Assembly (NCBI RefSeq): GCF_006345805.1
Contig: NC_043003.1
Location: forward strand, 14,818,001-14,882,000
DNA from: Octopus sinensis
Lineage: Eukaryota
Direction: 5' to 3'
DNA length: 64,000 nt
Shown here: piece after piece, positions 39,765 to 52,380 of the stretch
Position numbering within the stretch: the stretch's first letter is position 1
How the letters are laid out: each line of letters opens with the position of its first letter
Translations under genes and position numbers: made by a program
The notes under the pieces: model-generated
Told to the model about the DNA's origin: nothing
What the model saw: only the letters and a program-made list of their open reading frames with translations
Databases searched by the model: none

Positions 39765-40072
39765 CCATGTATATGGCATCCACCCGTGAATTATAGTCAT
39801 GGTTGTTGATGGTGCTGTGTAAATGGCACCCACCCATGAATTGTAGTTGTGGTCATTGCTGGTGTCATGTAAATGGTGCCTGTGCCGGTGGCATGTAAAA
39901 AGCACCCATTACACTCCTGGAATGGTTAGCATCAGGAGGAGCATCCACCTGTAGAAACCATGCCAAATCAGACTGGAGCCTGACGCAGCTCTCTGGCACA
40001 TCAGCTCCAGTCAAACCATCTAACCCATACCAGCATGGAGAGTGGACGTTAAAAGATGATGATGATGATGAT
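39765..40072 (+). repeat. RTE 3' tail copy with TGTAGTTGTGGTC modules
   Basis: Tail motif plus (GAT)n. Confidence 0.8.
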
Positions 40073-40092
40073 GGTTATCAAGAAGTGATAAG

Positions 40093-40723
40093 AAGGGAAG
40101 CTGGCTGAATATTTAGCACACTGGGCAAAATGCTCTGTGGCATTTTGTCCGTCCTTACATTCTGAGTTCAAATTTTGCTGAGGTCGACTTTGTTTTGCAC
40201 CCTTTCAGAGTCAATAAAATAAATACCAGTTGAGTACTGGGATCGATGTAATCGACTTACCCACTTCTCCAAACATGCTGGCCTTGTGCCAAAATTTGAA
40301 ACTAAGGCAGCGAGCTGGCAGAATCATTATCATGCATGCCAGGCAAATCCTTGGCAGCTTTTCACACATCTTTATGTTCTCTGAGTTCAAACTCTGCTGA
40401 GGTCGACTTTGTCTTTCATCCTTTCAGGGTCGATAAAATAAGGACCAGCTGAACACTGGGGTCGATGTAAATGGCTTACCCACTTCCCCAAACATTCTGG
40501 CCTTGTGCCAAAATTTGAAACTAAAGCAGCAAGCTGGCAGAATCATTACTGCACTGGATAAAATGCCTGGCAACATTTCATACATCTTTATGTTCTGCCG
40601 AGGTTGACTTCGCCTTTCTTCCTTACAGGATCGATAAAGTAAATACCAGTTGAATATTGGGGTCGATATAATTGACTATACTCCTTTCCTGAACTTATTG
40701 GCCTGGTGCTAAAATTTGAAACC
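40093..40723 (+). mobile_element. Three head-to-tail SINE-B copies
   Basis: Units start near 40093, 40304 and 40523 with no spacer. Confidence 0.85.
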
Positions 40724-42534
40724 AATATTATTGAGAAGTGGATAATCCTTGAGAAGTTTTCTCCAGACCAATAAGTACTAGGGCTGTTTGTTTGTTTGTT
40801 TCTGTCTTTCTTTCTTTCTTCCTTTCTCTCTTTCTCTCCCTCAGTTTTCTCTCTCTCTCTCTCTCTGTTTACCTTCTCTCTCTAATACTAAAACCCATGT
40901 TGATCTATTGATCAGAGAAATTCACGTGCTCTGAAAGAGTTCAGCAAACATTTTTTACCACTTTATTGGAAATCCAACAGAAAAATCTGTTGGTTGAAAA
41001 AAAACAAACAAAAAATTCTGTATTTGAAGATGGATTGAAGAATGTTCTCTGTCCTAAGGCCAAAAGATATTGTAAATCTATAAATTTAGATTTTAAAATT
41101 TCATTAATTTCGATCAATGTTCTGGGTCACCCAGCTGTACTTGGTGACTTATATCAACATTACAATTGTATTTTTACTCTCAAATAAAATACTGATTTCA
41201 AATTTTGACTCAAGGCCAGCAATTCTGAGACAGGGGATAAGTTGATTACATTGACATCAGTGTTCAACTGGTACTTATTTTACAAACCTCTTAAAGTATG
41301 AAAGGCCAAGTAGACATCAGCAGGATTTGAACTCAGTACATGAAGTCGGACGAAATGCCGCTAAGCATTTTGCCTGGCATGCTAGCGATCAGAATGATGA
41401 GGCTGGATGTGATATGGTGATGGTGGTGGTGGTGGTGGTGGTGTGGTGGTGGTGATGATGATGATGGCTGCAGCAAAAGAAGAGAATCTGAGATGCTATA
41501 TAAAAAAGAAGAGTAAAAAATCCTCATGTAAAAAAAAAACCAGATCATAAACAAAAAAGAGGAAACAGAACGAAACATGGATCCTAATCTGAATGCAAAG
41601 AGAGGGAAACAAGCCAAGCCAGGAGACAAGTTGGAAAAATATACAGTTCTCTGAGGCCATACACAACAAACAAACAAAACAAACAAAAAAGAAGTAAAAT
41701 TGAAACAACCCGTTTACAATTCATCAGCACCATGATCATCATCATCATCATCATTGTCATCATCATCATCATCGTCATCATCATTATCATCATTATCATT
41801 ATTGTCATCAACATTGTCATCATCATTGTCATTGTCGTCATCGACATCATCATCATCGTCGTCATTATTATCATCATTATTGTCATCAACATTGTCATCA
41901 TCATCGTCATCATAGACATCATCATCATCATTGTCATCATCATCATTGTTATCATCATCATTGTCATCATCATCGTTGTCATCATCATCATCATCATCAT
42001 CATTGTCATCAACATTGTCATCATCATCGTCATCGTCGTCATCGACATCATTATCATCATCACCATTGTCATCATCATTTAACATCATCATCATCATCAT
42101 TGCTCTTATCATTATGATTATCGTTAAGGCAGCAAGCTGGCAGAATCGTTAGCACACCAGGTAAAATGCTTAGCAGTATTTCACCTGTCGCTACATTCTG
42201 AGCTCAAATTCTGCTGAGGTCGACTTTGCCTTTCATCCCCTTCCCCACAAGAGTGTGTGCTACCCGGGGTGGCCCTTCTGTTTGACGCTCCTGGACCCCA
42301 CAAAAAAATGCATACTGCCTACAGCAGACCCAAAAGTGGTGCCACTTTAAAAGTGGCATCAGAGACACGGACCCCCACCCCACCTCACCCCAGCTATGCT
42401 AGTGTCTCTAAACTTCAGGCCTTGAGCTGATAGTAGAAAGGTTTGTGATTGTTATTGTTGTTCTTACTACTACTACTACTACTACTACTACTGCCACCAC
42501 TACAACTACCACCACCACCACCACCACCACTACC

Positions 42535-42580
<46 letters not shown>

Positions 42581-43261
42581 ACTACTACTACTACTACTTC
42601 TACTAGCATTATCTTCATCATCATTATAATTCGAATATGCTGATTTGTGGTAATAAACTCATATAACAAAATCGCATTGAATTTTTATTTCGTTTCATTT
42701 TTATTTTATTTCCCTTTTTATTTATATCAATTTTTTTTCCATAAATTATTTTTTCTTTTTTTTTTGGCGTTTTTTTTACCATAAGGTATTTTTTGAAAAT
42801 TAATAATTTAGTTTTTCTTTTTTTTTTTTTTTCGAAAGTCTAGACATCGATCAGCAGTTTTTACCTTCATTATATATTCAAGTGCTGCAGCGTTTTGTGT
42901 TTTTTTGTTGCAACATGTACTGCCAGCAGTAATTGAGGGATGTTCCTGTATAGCCATTATTACCTGTTTAATACACTCACAACAATATAAAAGCTCCCTT
43001 AAAATTAGCTTAACCAGAGAAGGCAAACATATACAAATATACCACAAGAGATGCTTGGGATGCACTCTCTGATATGCTAGAAATAGCAGCCTTTATGATG
43101 CTGCGTTTAATTCATTATGAAGCAGAACTTATAGTAGATGGAATCATAAGTGTTACACATTGAGATATGCATAGGTGGAGGTGTGGTTACAGGCACAGAT
43201 GTGGCTGTGTGGTGAACCACTTGTTTCAAGTTCAGTCCTCCTACTGTGTGATTTTGGACAA

Positions 43262-43292
<31 letters not shown>

Positions 43293-43418
43293 ATATATAT
43301 ATTAAAATTAAAATGAGGGTGAAAAATTGGATATTAATTTGATAACATCGATTTTAACACCAGTGGTCAGGCATATAAAAAAAACTGAGGTTCAGTAAAT
43401 AGTATTAGATATATAAAA

Positions 43419-43573
43419 ATAAGAGAGAATTTTACCACTATGTGGAAACCCTTATGCTAGAAGAAGATCTGCTATGGTCTTAACCACTAAGAATTGTCCT
43501 CTCGAAAATTTAACAAACACCAGATCTTCTTCTAGCATAAGGGTTTCCACATAGTGGTAAAATTCCCTCTTAT
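43419..43573. repeat. Hairpin with 53-bp arms (1 mismatch) and a ~49-nt loop, between TA tracts
   Basis: 43419-43471 pairs with 43521-43573. Confidence 0.9.
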
Positions 43574-43748
43574 ATTCATATATATATATATATACTTGAT
43601 ATAAAATAGTGTACATTTAAACACAAGAAAAACTACCTTTAACAAGCAGCTTCATATGCTAGAAGAAGCAGTCAAAACGACCAAAACCACATTTAAGAGC
43701 AATTTCGAAGGGAATGAAAAATAACAACTTTTACCTTGTTATTTTTTT

Positions 43749-43819
43749 AGTCATACCTAGGTTTAGAATTTTATTTAGCAAATAAAATAATTTGCTAGGC
43801 AAAATTGTCATCAGTGACC
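43749..43819 (-). ncRNA. Decayed hammerhead, helix III palindrome ACCUAGGU
   Basis: GGUCA-CUGAUGA-cAAUUUU..UAGCAAAU/AUUUGCUA..AAAAUUc-UAAAC-CUAG-GUA-UGACU; G12 is replaced by U. Confidence 0.6.
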
Positions 43820-44980
43820 ACACCAAAACATTAACATATAATTTAGAGACCAAATAACACATGTCTCATTATTATATATTATAATTTTTCGAATTCACTG
43901 TGCAAGCGCAGTTTCAGTCGGCAGCTAATGAAAAAATGCCGAACTAATCTTCTAAAAATACTAAAATCATATACATAAAATATATAGGGTAGCGAATTTT
44001 TTACTTGAAACATTAAGGACTTTTTCATTACTTGAGCGTTATACTAATACATCTATTTGTTGTCTACACCACCTGTCTTCGTCTTTTGTTTTTTTGTGAA
44101 TTCTCCCTATATATATATATATATATATATATATCCTTCGAAACGTAGAGTAGATGAAACCATAGCGACTGAAGAAGGGGTTTTTTCTTTGTGTTAATTG
44201 TCTTGTACTCTTTTTTTTGTTGTTTAAAAAAAATGTCCAGTTCCTTTGGTCTGTGTCTATGTTTTCGTTTCTCATTGTGTACGACGTCTTTTTGGTGTCC
44301 TGTACTCATATATGCGTGTATATGTACATGTAGAGGTAGGTACGTACATATATGTTTATATATATGCATATGTTTTATTTTATTTATTAATATATATATA
44401 TATACATATATACACACACACAAATATATAAAAAAAACCCATGCTCATTATTACATTGGGAGATTTAACCACATTGGTTTCAATTAGTCATGCCTTATCC
44501 CTTAGCCTTGAGATTTTGATGATAGGGTAGGTTTGAGAGGTTACCAAGATAATGCATGATTAATTCAAAACAATGTGGATAAATAAGCATTACATTTGAC
44601 ACAACAATCTGGAGGCTGAAGAGTGTTCAAGTGAAATGGTACACCCCTTCCCACATGACAAGTGGTATGAAACAGCCACTATAAAGCCAGGCAGTTCAGC
44701 CATTGTAGGAGGTCGAAGTCGGTCGGTCAGTAGTGGTAGATTCGTTGTATGAGTTTCTCAGTTGGAGCCACCGACAGTTATGTGATTTATATGAGTTTGG
44801 GCTACCATCAAGGTAGACATTTCACAGACATTGTCTTGCAGAGCTATCAGCAATAGCAAGATAGACAAAGTCAAAGATAATAAGACGTGGAATACCACCA
44901 CAACACAATAGTGGCAACAAGAATATTACATTTTATTGTGTCTGGGGAAAGTCATTCTCTTTTAGTGTCTTATTAATTTA

Positions 44981-45365
44981 GTGGAGACGCAATGGCCCAG
45001 TGGTTAGGGCTACGGACTCACGGTCGTAGGATCGCGGTTTCGATTCCCAGACCGGGCGTTGTGAGTGTTTATTGAGCGAAAACACCTAAAGCTCCACGAG
45101 GCTCCGGCAGGGATGGTGGTGATCCCTGCTGTACTCTTTCACCACAACTTTCTCTCACTCTTACTTCCTGTTTCTGTTGTACCTGTATTTCAAAGGGCCG
45201 GCCTTGTCACTCTCTGTGTCACGCTGAATATCCCCGAGAACTACGTTAAGAGTACATGTGTCTGTGGAGTGCTCAGCCACTTACACGTTAATTTCACGAG
45301 CAGGCTGTTCCGTTGATCGGATCAACCGGAACACTCATCGTCGTAACCGACGGAGTGCTTCTTCT
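44981..45365 (+). mobile_element. SINE-C (tRNA-Arg-like head), full length, 13-bp TSD
   Basis: TCTTATTAATTTA at 44968-44980 and 45366-45378. Confidence 0.9.
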
Positions 45366-45558
45366 TCTTATTAATTTAACACATTCACTGGTTTGATTTC
45401 CACTCATTTACTTATTATTTTTTACTAAAACTTTCATTGTGACTTGCAACCTTTTCAATACAGTTCTATATTTAAGAGATGAGGAATTATATACATTATT
45501 TACATTATTTATATTATTTACATTTCACGGATATTTGTCCTCATCTTGTTTGTTGCTA

Positions 45559-45602
45559 ACACAACGTTTCGGCTGATATACCCTCCAGCCTTCATCAGGT
45601 GT
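45559..45602 (-). ncRNA. Minimal type I hammerhead ribozyme, intact core (inverted twin of 45813)
   Basis: Exact reverse complement of 45813-45856. Confidence 0.85.
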
Positions 45603-45812
45603 CTTGGGGAACTGCTAGCCTTCCACAAACAATCTTGCCCTGACTTGTGCCTCAGAGGGTAACTTTCTAGGTGCAGTCCAATGGTCATTCATGACCGAAG
45701 GGGTCTCCTAATAATAATAATATTAATAATAATAATAATAATAATGATGATGATAATAATAACATCAAAATATACCTTAAGAATGAGAACCCGGGTTCGG
45801 AATTTCCCCAAG

Positions 45813-45856
45813 ACACCTGATGAAGGCTGGAGGGTATATCAGCCGAAACGTTGTGT
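45813..45856 (+). ncRNA. Minimal type I hammerhead ribozyme, intact core
   Basis: ACAC-CUGAUGA-A-GGCUG(gagggtatat)CAGCC-GAAAC-GUU-GUGU; helix III is the palindrome ACGU. Confidence 0.85.
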
Positions 45857-46079
45857 TAACAAACAAGATGAAGACAAATATCCGTGAAATGTAAATAATG
45901 TAAATAATGAATATGATATACATTTGATGGAATGTGGATATTAAAGGGTTAAATCTTTTTTGCATTGGAAGGAGAGGAAACGAAGATTGCAAGTGAGAGG
46001 TGTCAACTGTCTCAATCAAGAGAGTTAACGAGTTTGTGTGTATTTAAAGGTAAAAAAAAATGATTAAGAAAGAAAACTT

Positions 46080-46931
46080 ACATGTGTAAGCATATCACAA
46101 GCTTAGTTATGACAATTGGGCGGGGGGAGAGGGGGAAGAGAAAGAGAGAGAGACAGTTGGAGGAGGAGGAGGAGGAGGAGGGGACGAGAAAGAAGAGGAG
46201 AGGCAAAGGAGGAGGATGGGGAAGGTGGTGAGGAAGATGTAGCGAAGGTGATGGAGGAGGTAGGGGAAGAAGAGGGGGAGGAGGAGGAGGCAGAGGAGGA
46301 GGGAAAGATGAGGAAGGAAGAGAAGAAAATGATGAAGAAGAAGAAAAAAGAAGAGGAGGACGAGGACGAGGAGGAGAAAGAAGGGAAGATGAGGAAAGAA
46401 GAGAAGAGCAAGAAGGAGTAGCTGATGAAGGAGAAGAAGAAGAAGACGTTGATGAAGAAGACGAAGAAGAAGAATAGGAAGAAGAAGAAGAAGAAGAAGA
46501 AGAAGAAGAAGAAGAAGAAGAAGAAGAAGAAGGGGGAGGAGGAGGAACTGAAACAAAACTGCTAAAAAAGAAGAAAGGAAGAAGGAATAAAAACAGAAGA
46601 TCAGAGAACTGCAATTCTTCCCCCAGGGTAGGGACAAAGGGGATTTACTTAAACACCAACCTCACAATCTACCAAATATGCCAGAGAAAACCAACAAAAC
46701 AAAAAAAAGACATGTGATAATTCTTTTCCTTACCATTTCCTTGTTTGGTTCAATTGGATTTGTGTAATTCTCTCTCTCTCTCTCTTTCTTTTTTCCCTGC
46801 AGCTTCCTTCTCTCTCTATCTATTTTCTTTGTCTCTCTCTCTCTCACTCTCTCAATTTTTCTCTTTGCCTCAATTTCTCTCTCTCTTTCTTTTCCTACCT
46901 CTCTCTCTCTTTCTCTCTCTATCTCTATCTC

Positions 46932-47001
<70 letters not shown>

Positions 47002-47229
47002 AATCTATCTATCTATCTACCTTTTACTTTGTCTCTGTTTCTCTCTCTCTCTCTCTTTGTCTCTCTATTTTTCTCTTTGCCTCTTTCTCTCTCTCTCTCC
47101 CGCTCTATCTATTTCTTTGTCTCTGCTTCTCTCTTTCATTCTCTCTCTCTGTTTTTCTCTTTCTCTCTCTCCTTGTCTGTCTGTCTCCATCTATCTATCT
47201 GTCTATCTATCTATCTATCTATCTATCTG

Positions 47230-47289
<60 letters not shown>

Positions 47290-47314
47290 CCTACCTACCT
47301 ACCTATCTACCTAC

Positions 47315-47359
<45 letters not shown>

Positions 47360-47378
47360 CTTTGTCATCCTCTCTTTG

Positions 47379-47420
<42 letters not shown>

Positions 47421-47530
47421 ACACACACACACACACACACACACACATTTTCCCTTCAAGTAAACTTAAATTTCTTTTGTCACATAATTTCCCACAGAAT
47501 CCTGAAAATTTCAAATAAAACAACTTTTTT

Positions 47531-47566
<36 letters not shown>

Positions 47567-50314
47567 CCCAAAAAGCAAAAGAAGTAAAATAAAAAACAAC
47601 AACAAGGAACAAAAGAAAAAACAACGCACTTCCAACCCTGCCCTTCAACCCTCATCAAATGAAAATTTTAGTTGTTGCTGGCACTAAATAAATGTTTATT
47701 TGAGACATAAAGAAACCTTAATAGCTTGGAATGGTCGAAGTGGTTGCAGTGATTACTGTATGGCGACGGTGGTGGTGGTGGTGGTGGCGGATGCGGATGG
47801 GTTGGTGGTGATGGGGATAGTGGTGGTGGTGAAAGTGGCAGTGGAGGTAGTAGTAGAGGTGGTAGTAGTGGTGGTGGCAATGATGTTGATAAAGATGGTA
47901 GAGGAGGTGGTGGTGGTGGTGGTGGTAGTGGCGGTGGTGGCAATGATGTTGATGAAGATGGTAGAGGAGGTGGTGGTGGTGGTGGTGGTGGTGATGGTGG
48001 TGGTGGTGGTGGTAGTGGTGGTGGCAATGATGTCGATGGAGATGGTAGAGGTGGTGGTGATGGTAGTAGTGGCAGTGGTGGTGATGGTAATAGTGGCAGT
48101 GGTGGTGATGGTGGTGGGGGCAATGATGTTGATGGAGATGGTAGAGGTGGTGGTGGTGATGGTGGTGGTAGTGGTGATGGTGATGGTGGTGGTGGTTATG
48201 GTGGTGGTGGTGGTGGTGGTGAGGGCAATGATGTTGATGGAGATGGTAGAGGTGGTGGTGATGGTGGTGGTGGTTATGGTGGTGGTGGTGGTGGTGGGTG
48301 ATGGTTTGGTGGTCATGATGGTGGTGATATGGAAATGGTAGCAGTGGTGGTTGTGGGGATGGTTGTAGTGGTAATGAAGATGGTAGTGGTAGTGGTTGGT
48401 GGTGGTGGTGATGATGTAGACGGTATTGATTGTGGGAGTAGTGATAATGGTGGTGCTGGAGGCATTGATGATGGAGATGGTGGTATGGTTGTGGTGGTGG
48501 CGAGTGTGACATCAGTAGTGATTGTCAAAATGGTGATGGTGTTGGCAATCTAATGATGATAATGATAATGATGATGATGACGATGACAATGACGCCGATG
48601 ATGACAATGATGATGGCAATGATGATGATGATGGTGGTGGTGGTGGTGGTGGTGGTGGTGATGATGATGATGTGATGATGATGATGATGATGACAACGGT
48701 AATGATGAGGGTGATGATGATGATGATGATGATGATGAGGATAATGATGATGATGATGATGATGATACAATGATGATGATGATGATGATGATGATGATAA
48801 TGATGAATCATGATGATGATGATGATGTCTGTGGCACTTAGCAGCAGAAGCAATAACAGTGATATTGATGCTGTTGTCAGCAGGTGGTGGGGAGGGTTGT
48901 CATGATGCTGGGAAGTGGGTGGGGAGAAACGGCAAAGATGGCGAAGGTGACAGAAGAGGAAGAAATAGATTTGAAATGGTTCTGATTATTGAGAAGAATT
49001 GAATGAAAGATTTGAAGATCAATTGGATGAAAAGTCAAGATCATCGAAGAAGAAGAAGAAGAAGAAGAAGAAGAAGAAGAAGAAGAAGAAGAAGAAGAAG
49101 AGGAAGAAAAAGAGGAGGAGGAGGAGGAGACGATAGAAGGGGAAGAAGAAGAAGAAGAAGAAGAAGAGGAGGAGGAGGAGGAGACGATAGAAGGGGAAGA
49201 AGAAGAAGAGGAGGAGAAGGAGGAAAAAGAAAAAGAAGAAGAAGAAGAAGAAGAGGAGGAGGAAGAAAAAGAAGTAGAAGTAGAAGTAGAAGAAGAAGAA
49301 GAAGAAGAAGAAGATAGAAGGGGAAGAAGAAGAGGAGGAGGAGAAGGAGGAAAAAGAAAAAGAAGAAGAAGAAGAAGAAGAAGAAAAGGAGGGGGAGGAG
49401 ACGATAGAAGGGGAAGAAGAAGAAGAAGAAGAAGAGGAGGAGGAGGAGACGATAGAAGGGGAAGAAGAAGAAGAAGAAGAAGAGGAGGAGGAGGAGACGA
49501 TAGAAGGGGAAGAAGAAGAAGAAGAAGAAGAGGAGGAGGAGGAGACGATAGAAGGGGAAGAAGAAGAAGAAGAGGAGGAGGAGGAGGAGACGATAGAAGG
49601 GGAAGAAGAAGAAGAAGAAGAAGAGGAGGAGGAGGAGGAGGAGGAAGAGGAAAAAGAAAAAGAAGAAGAAGAAGAAGAGGAGAAGGAGGAAAAGAAAAAG
49701 AAGAAGTGGAGGGGGAGGAGGAAAAAGAAGTAGAAGTAGAATTAGAAGAAGAAGAAGAAGAAGAAGAAGAAGAAGAAAGAAGGGGAAGAAGAAGAGGAGA
49801 GGAGAAGGAGGAAAAAGAAAAAGAAGAAGAAGAAGAAGAAGAAGAAGAAGAAGAGGAGGAGAGGAAAAAGAAGTAGAAGTAGAAGTAGAAGAAGAAGAAT
49901 AATAATAATAAGAAGAAGAAGAAAGCAATCTCGTGTATTATGTAATACACAAAGTTGAATTTTTCAAACATTTTTGAGACGTATTTCATGATGAAATTGT
50001 TTGAGATGTTTCATACATCAAACAAAAGTCCTCTCGTAGTTCGATAATGATTTCTTTAACATTAAAAGTAAATAACTTGATAGAGAAAGAGGAAAAGGAA
50101 AAGGAAAAAGGAAAAGGAAAGGAAGGGAAACAAAAAGAAAGGAAATAAAAAGGAAAAATACGTATGTTTTTATGAGATGCGGTTGAACTTGTTATGTCAT
50201 TGTGGTGGCAGGAAGACATGAGGAGAAGGAGGAGGACAAGAGGGGGGGAAGTGGAGGAAGGGAAGGAAAGACGGAAGGAGGGGAGGAGGGAAGAAAGAAG
50301 AAGAAGGAGAAGAA

Positions 50315-50346
<32 letters not shown>

Positions 50347-50640
50347 AAAGAGAAAAGAAGAAGAAAGAAGAAGAAGAGGAGAAGAAGAAGAGAAAAGAAG
50401 AAGAAGAAGAAGAAGAAGAAAAGAAGAGAAGAAGAAAAGAAGAAGAAGAAGAAGAAGAAGAAGAAAGGAAGGAAGAAAGAAAGAAAAGATGGAAGAGAAA
50501 ACTTATGAAAGGAGGAAGAAGGAAGAAAAAGAAAAGAAAGAGAAGAGAAAAAAGAAAAAGGGAGAGAGAAAAAGGAAAAGACTGAAGACGCATAAAACAA
50601 GAAGGAGGAGAAGAAGAAGAAGCAAAAGAGGAAGAGATTA
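46080..50640. repeat. Compound microsatellite block: GAA/GGA, CT, ATCT, CA, GGT, GAT
   Basis: Visible directly; it produces many low-complexity ORFs. Confidence 0.9.
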
Positions 50641-50758
50641 TTTTTTGGTATTGATGTTATTGGTATCATTATGTTTAGAATTATTCAACCCTGATCGAAC
50701 ATGTCTGTACCCAAGGTGGCTCATAATAATGTAGTTAGTTAATATTTTATTTCTAATT

Positions 50759-51150
50759 AAGGTGGTGAGCTGGCAGAATCGTTAGCATGCCGGGCAAAAA
50801 TGCATGACAGTATTTCGTCTGTCTTTAGTTCTGAGTTCAAATTCCGCCGAAGTCAATTTTGCGTTTCATCCTTTCAGGGGTTGATAAAATAAGTACCCTT
50901 CCCCCAAAATTGCTGGTCTTGTGCCAGAATTTGAAATCAATATTTTATTTCTAAGTAAGGCAACAAGTTGGCAGAATCGTTCTAAGTGGCATTTTGTCTG
51001 TCTTTACATCCTGAGTTCAAATACTGCCAAGGTTGACTTTGGTTTTCACCATTTCAGGGTCGATGAAATAAGTACCAGTTGAATACTAGGGGTTGATTAA
51101 ATTGATTGAGCAGCTCCCCTGAACTTGTTGACCTTGTGCCAAAATTTGAT
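50759..51150 (+). mobile_element. Two adjacent SINE-B copies. Single copies also at 24146-24362, 25858-26060, 34251-34452, 37700-37840, 41170-41392(-), 42125-42440, 59150-59360(-), 61680-61778(-)
   Basis: AAGG..GAGCTGGCAGAATCGTTAGC head and conserved central domain. Confidence 0.8.
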
Positions 51151-51164
51151 CCCCCTGTATTACA

Positions 51165-51345
51165 TACGAGAGGGTGCTGAAAAGTTCCTGGTTTTAAAGG
51201 TTATCTTGAAAGGCCTGGCTGGAGGCTCAACCTTCCAAGTTCTTTCATAGGGCTCAGAAAAACTGAAGGACTGCTGCAATAAGTGTGTGAATCTGAGAGG
51301 GGAACATGTTGAATAAAACTATTTGAATAAAACCATAATTAACAT
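51165..51345 (+). mobile_element. Internally deleted mariner remnant
   Basis: TIR-like TACGAGAGGGTGCTGAAAAGTTCC followed by the transposase C-terminus GSEKLKDCCNKCVNLRGEHVE*. Confidence 0.7.
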
Positions 51346-52325
51346 AATTACATAATACATTGTAAGTTTGATTAGACCTCATCAGCTAGATTCACCTGTG
51401 ACGAAATTTTAAAATATCGTTACATCCTGCCAGTATATATTAGGCTTTATGTCTTTTTTCCAATGCTATCATATGTCCATAAGTGAAATAAATATATTTT
51501 TGAGGCATTATTTTCAGACATGCACTTCATGTTGTTAATCTTTATTCATTTTTCAAATACGACACATTTTATTCCAAATGTCTTGGAGGATGCAAAACTC
51601 ACAAATGTCTCTTTGATAGGGAAATGACAGCAATGCCACAATATATAAACACACACACACCTAGATACACATGCACATGCACACTCACATACATACACAC
51701 ATACATACATACACACAAGCGCACATATTGAAAACTGAAAATGCTAAAGGGTTTCATACAAATAAATTTATTTAACAAAACAGAAATGAAAAGAAAACGT
51801 TTTGAGAACTTTGTGATGGACAAAAGAGAGAAAGTATTTCCATTTTTACATTTTTATCAAAATATGCTACCAGTTTCAATCATCTTAAAGATGATTTAGT
51901 CATGCTTAGAGATGGGAGAAATAAACTGAAATTAATTAAATTAAATCAATTTTTCATGATATCAGTTCTGAAAGTTCTCATATTTTCCACACAAAATTCC
52001 CATGGCACTGAATATAAATATATATATAAACAATTATAAATAAGGGCAAAAGAAAAAATTTCTGTGTCAATATGCTGAGAAATAGACTTTAAATTGTCAA
52101 TCACCACATACAATATACATCACTATAAATACATATCATGTTGACTCGAGGAAAGCAAGCTAACAGAATTTTTTTTTTTAAATTCATTATCTCTGTATAA
52201 AACGATTTCGGGATTAATCCAAAGGATTTTTCCACTCATCACACAAATATGCAAATATATACACATGCACACATATTTACATATTTGATATATGGTACGT
52301 ACACACACACATACACACACATATG

Positions 52326-52380
<55 letters not shown>

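Noticed and set aside
43019-43160. Open frame KANIYKYTTRDAWDALSDMLEIAAF as GPR107 TM7
   Set aside because: It lacks the expected GYKFRP-type motif, and an equally plausible antisense exon overlaps nearby, so no call can be made.
44134-44182. GAAACGTA followed by CTGAAGA (permuted hammerhead)
   Set aside because: Helix I does not pair; at best these are half-motifs from pseudo-LTR debris.
51370-51395. CTGATGA on the minus strand
   Set aside because: No GAAA box or helix II.
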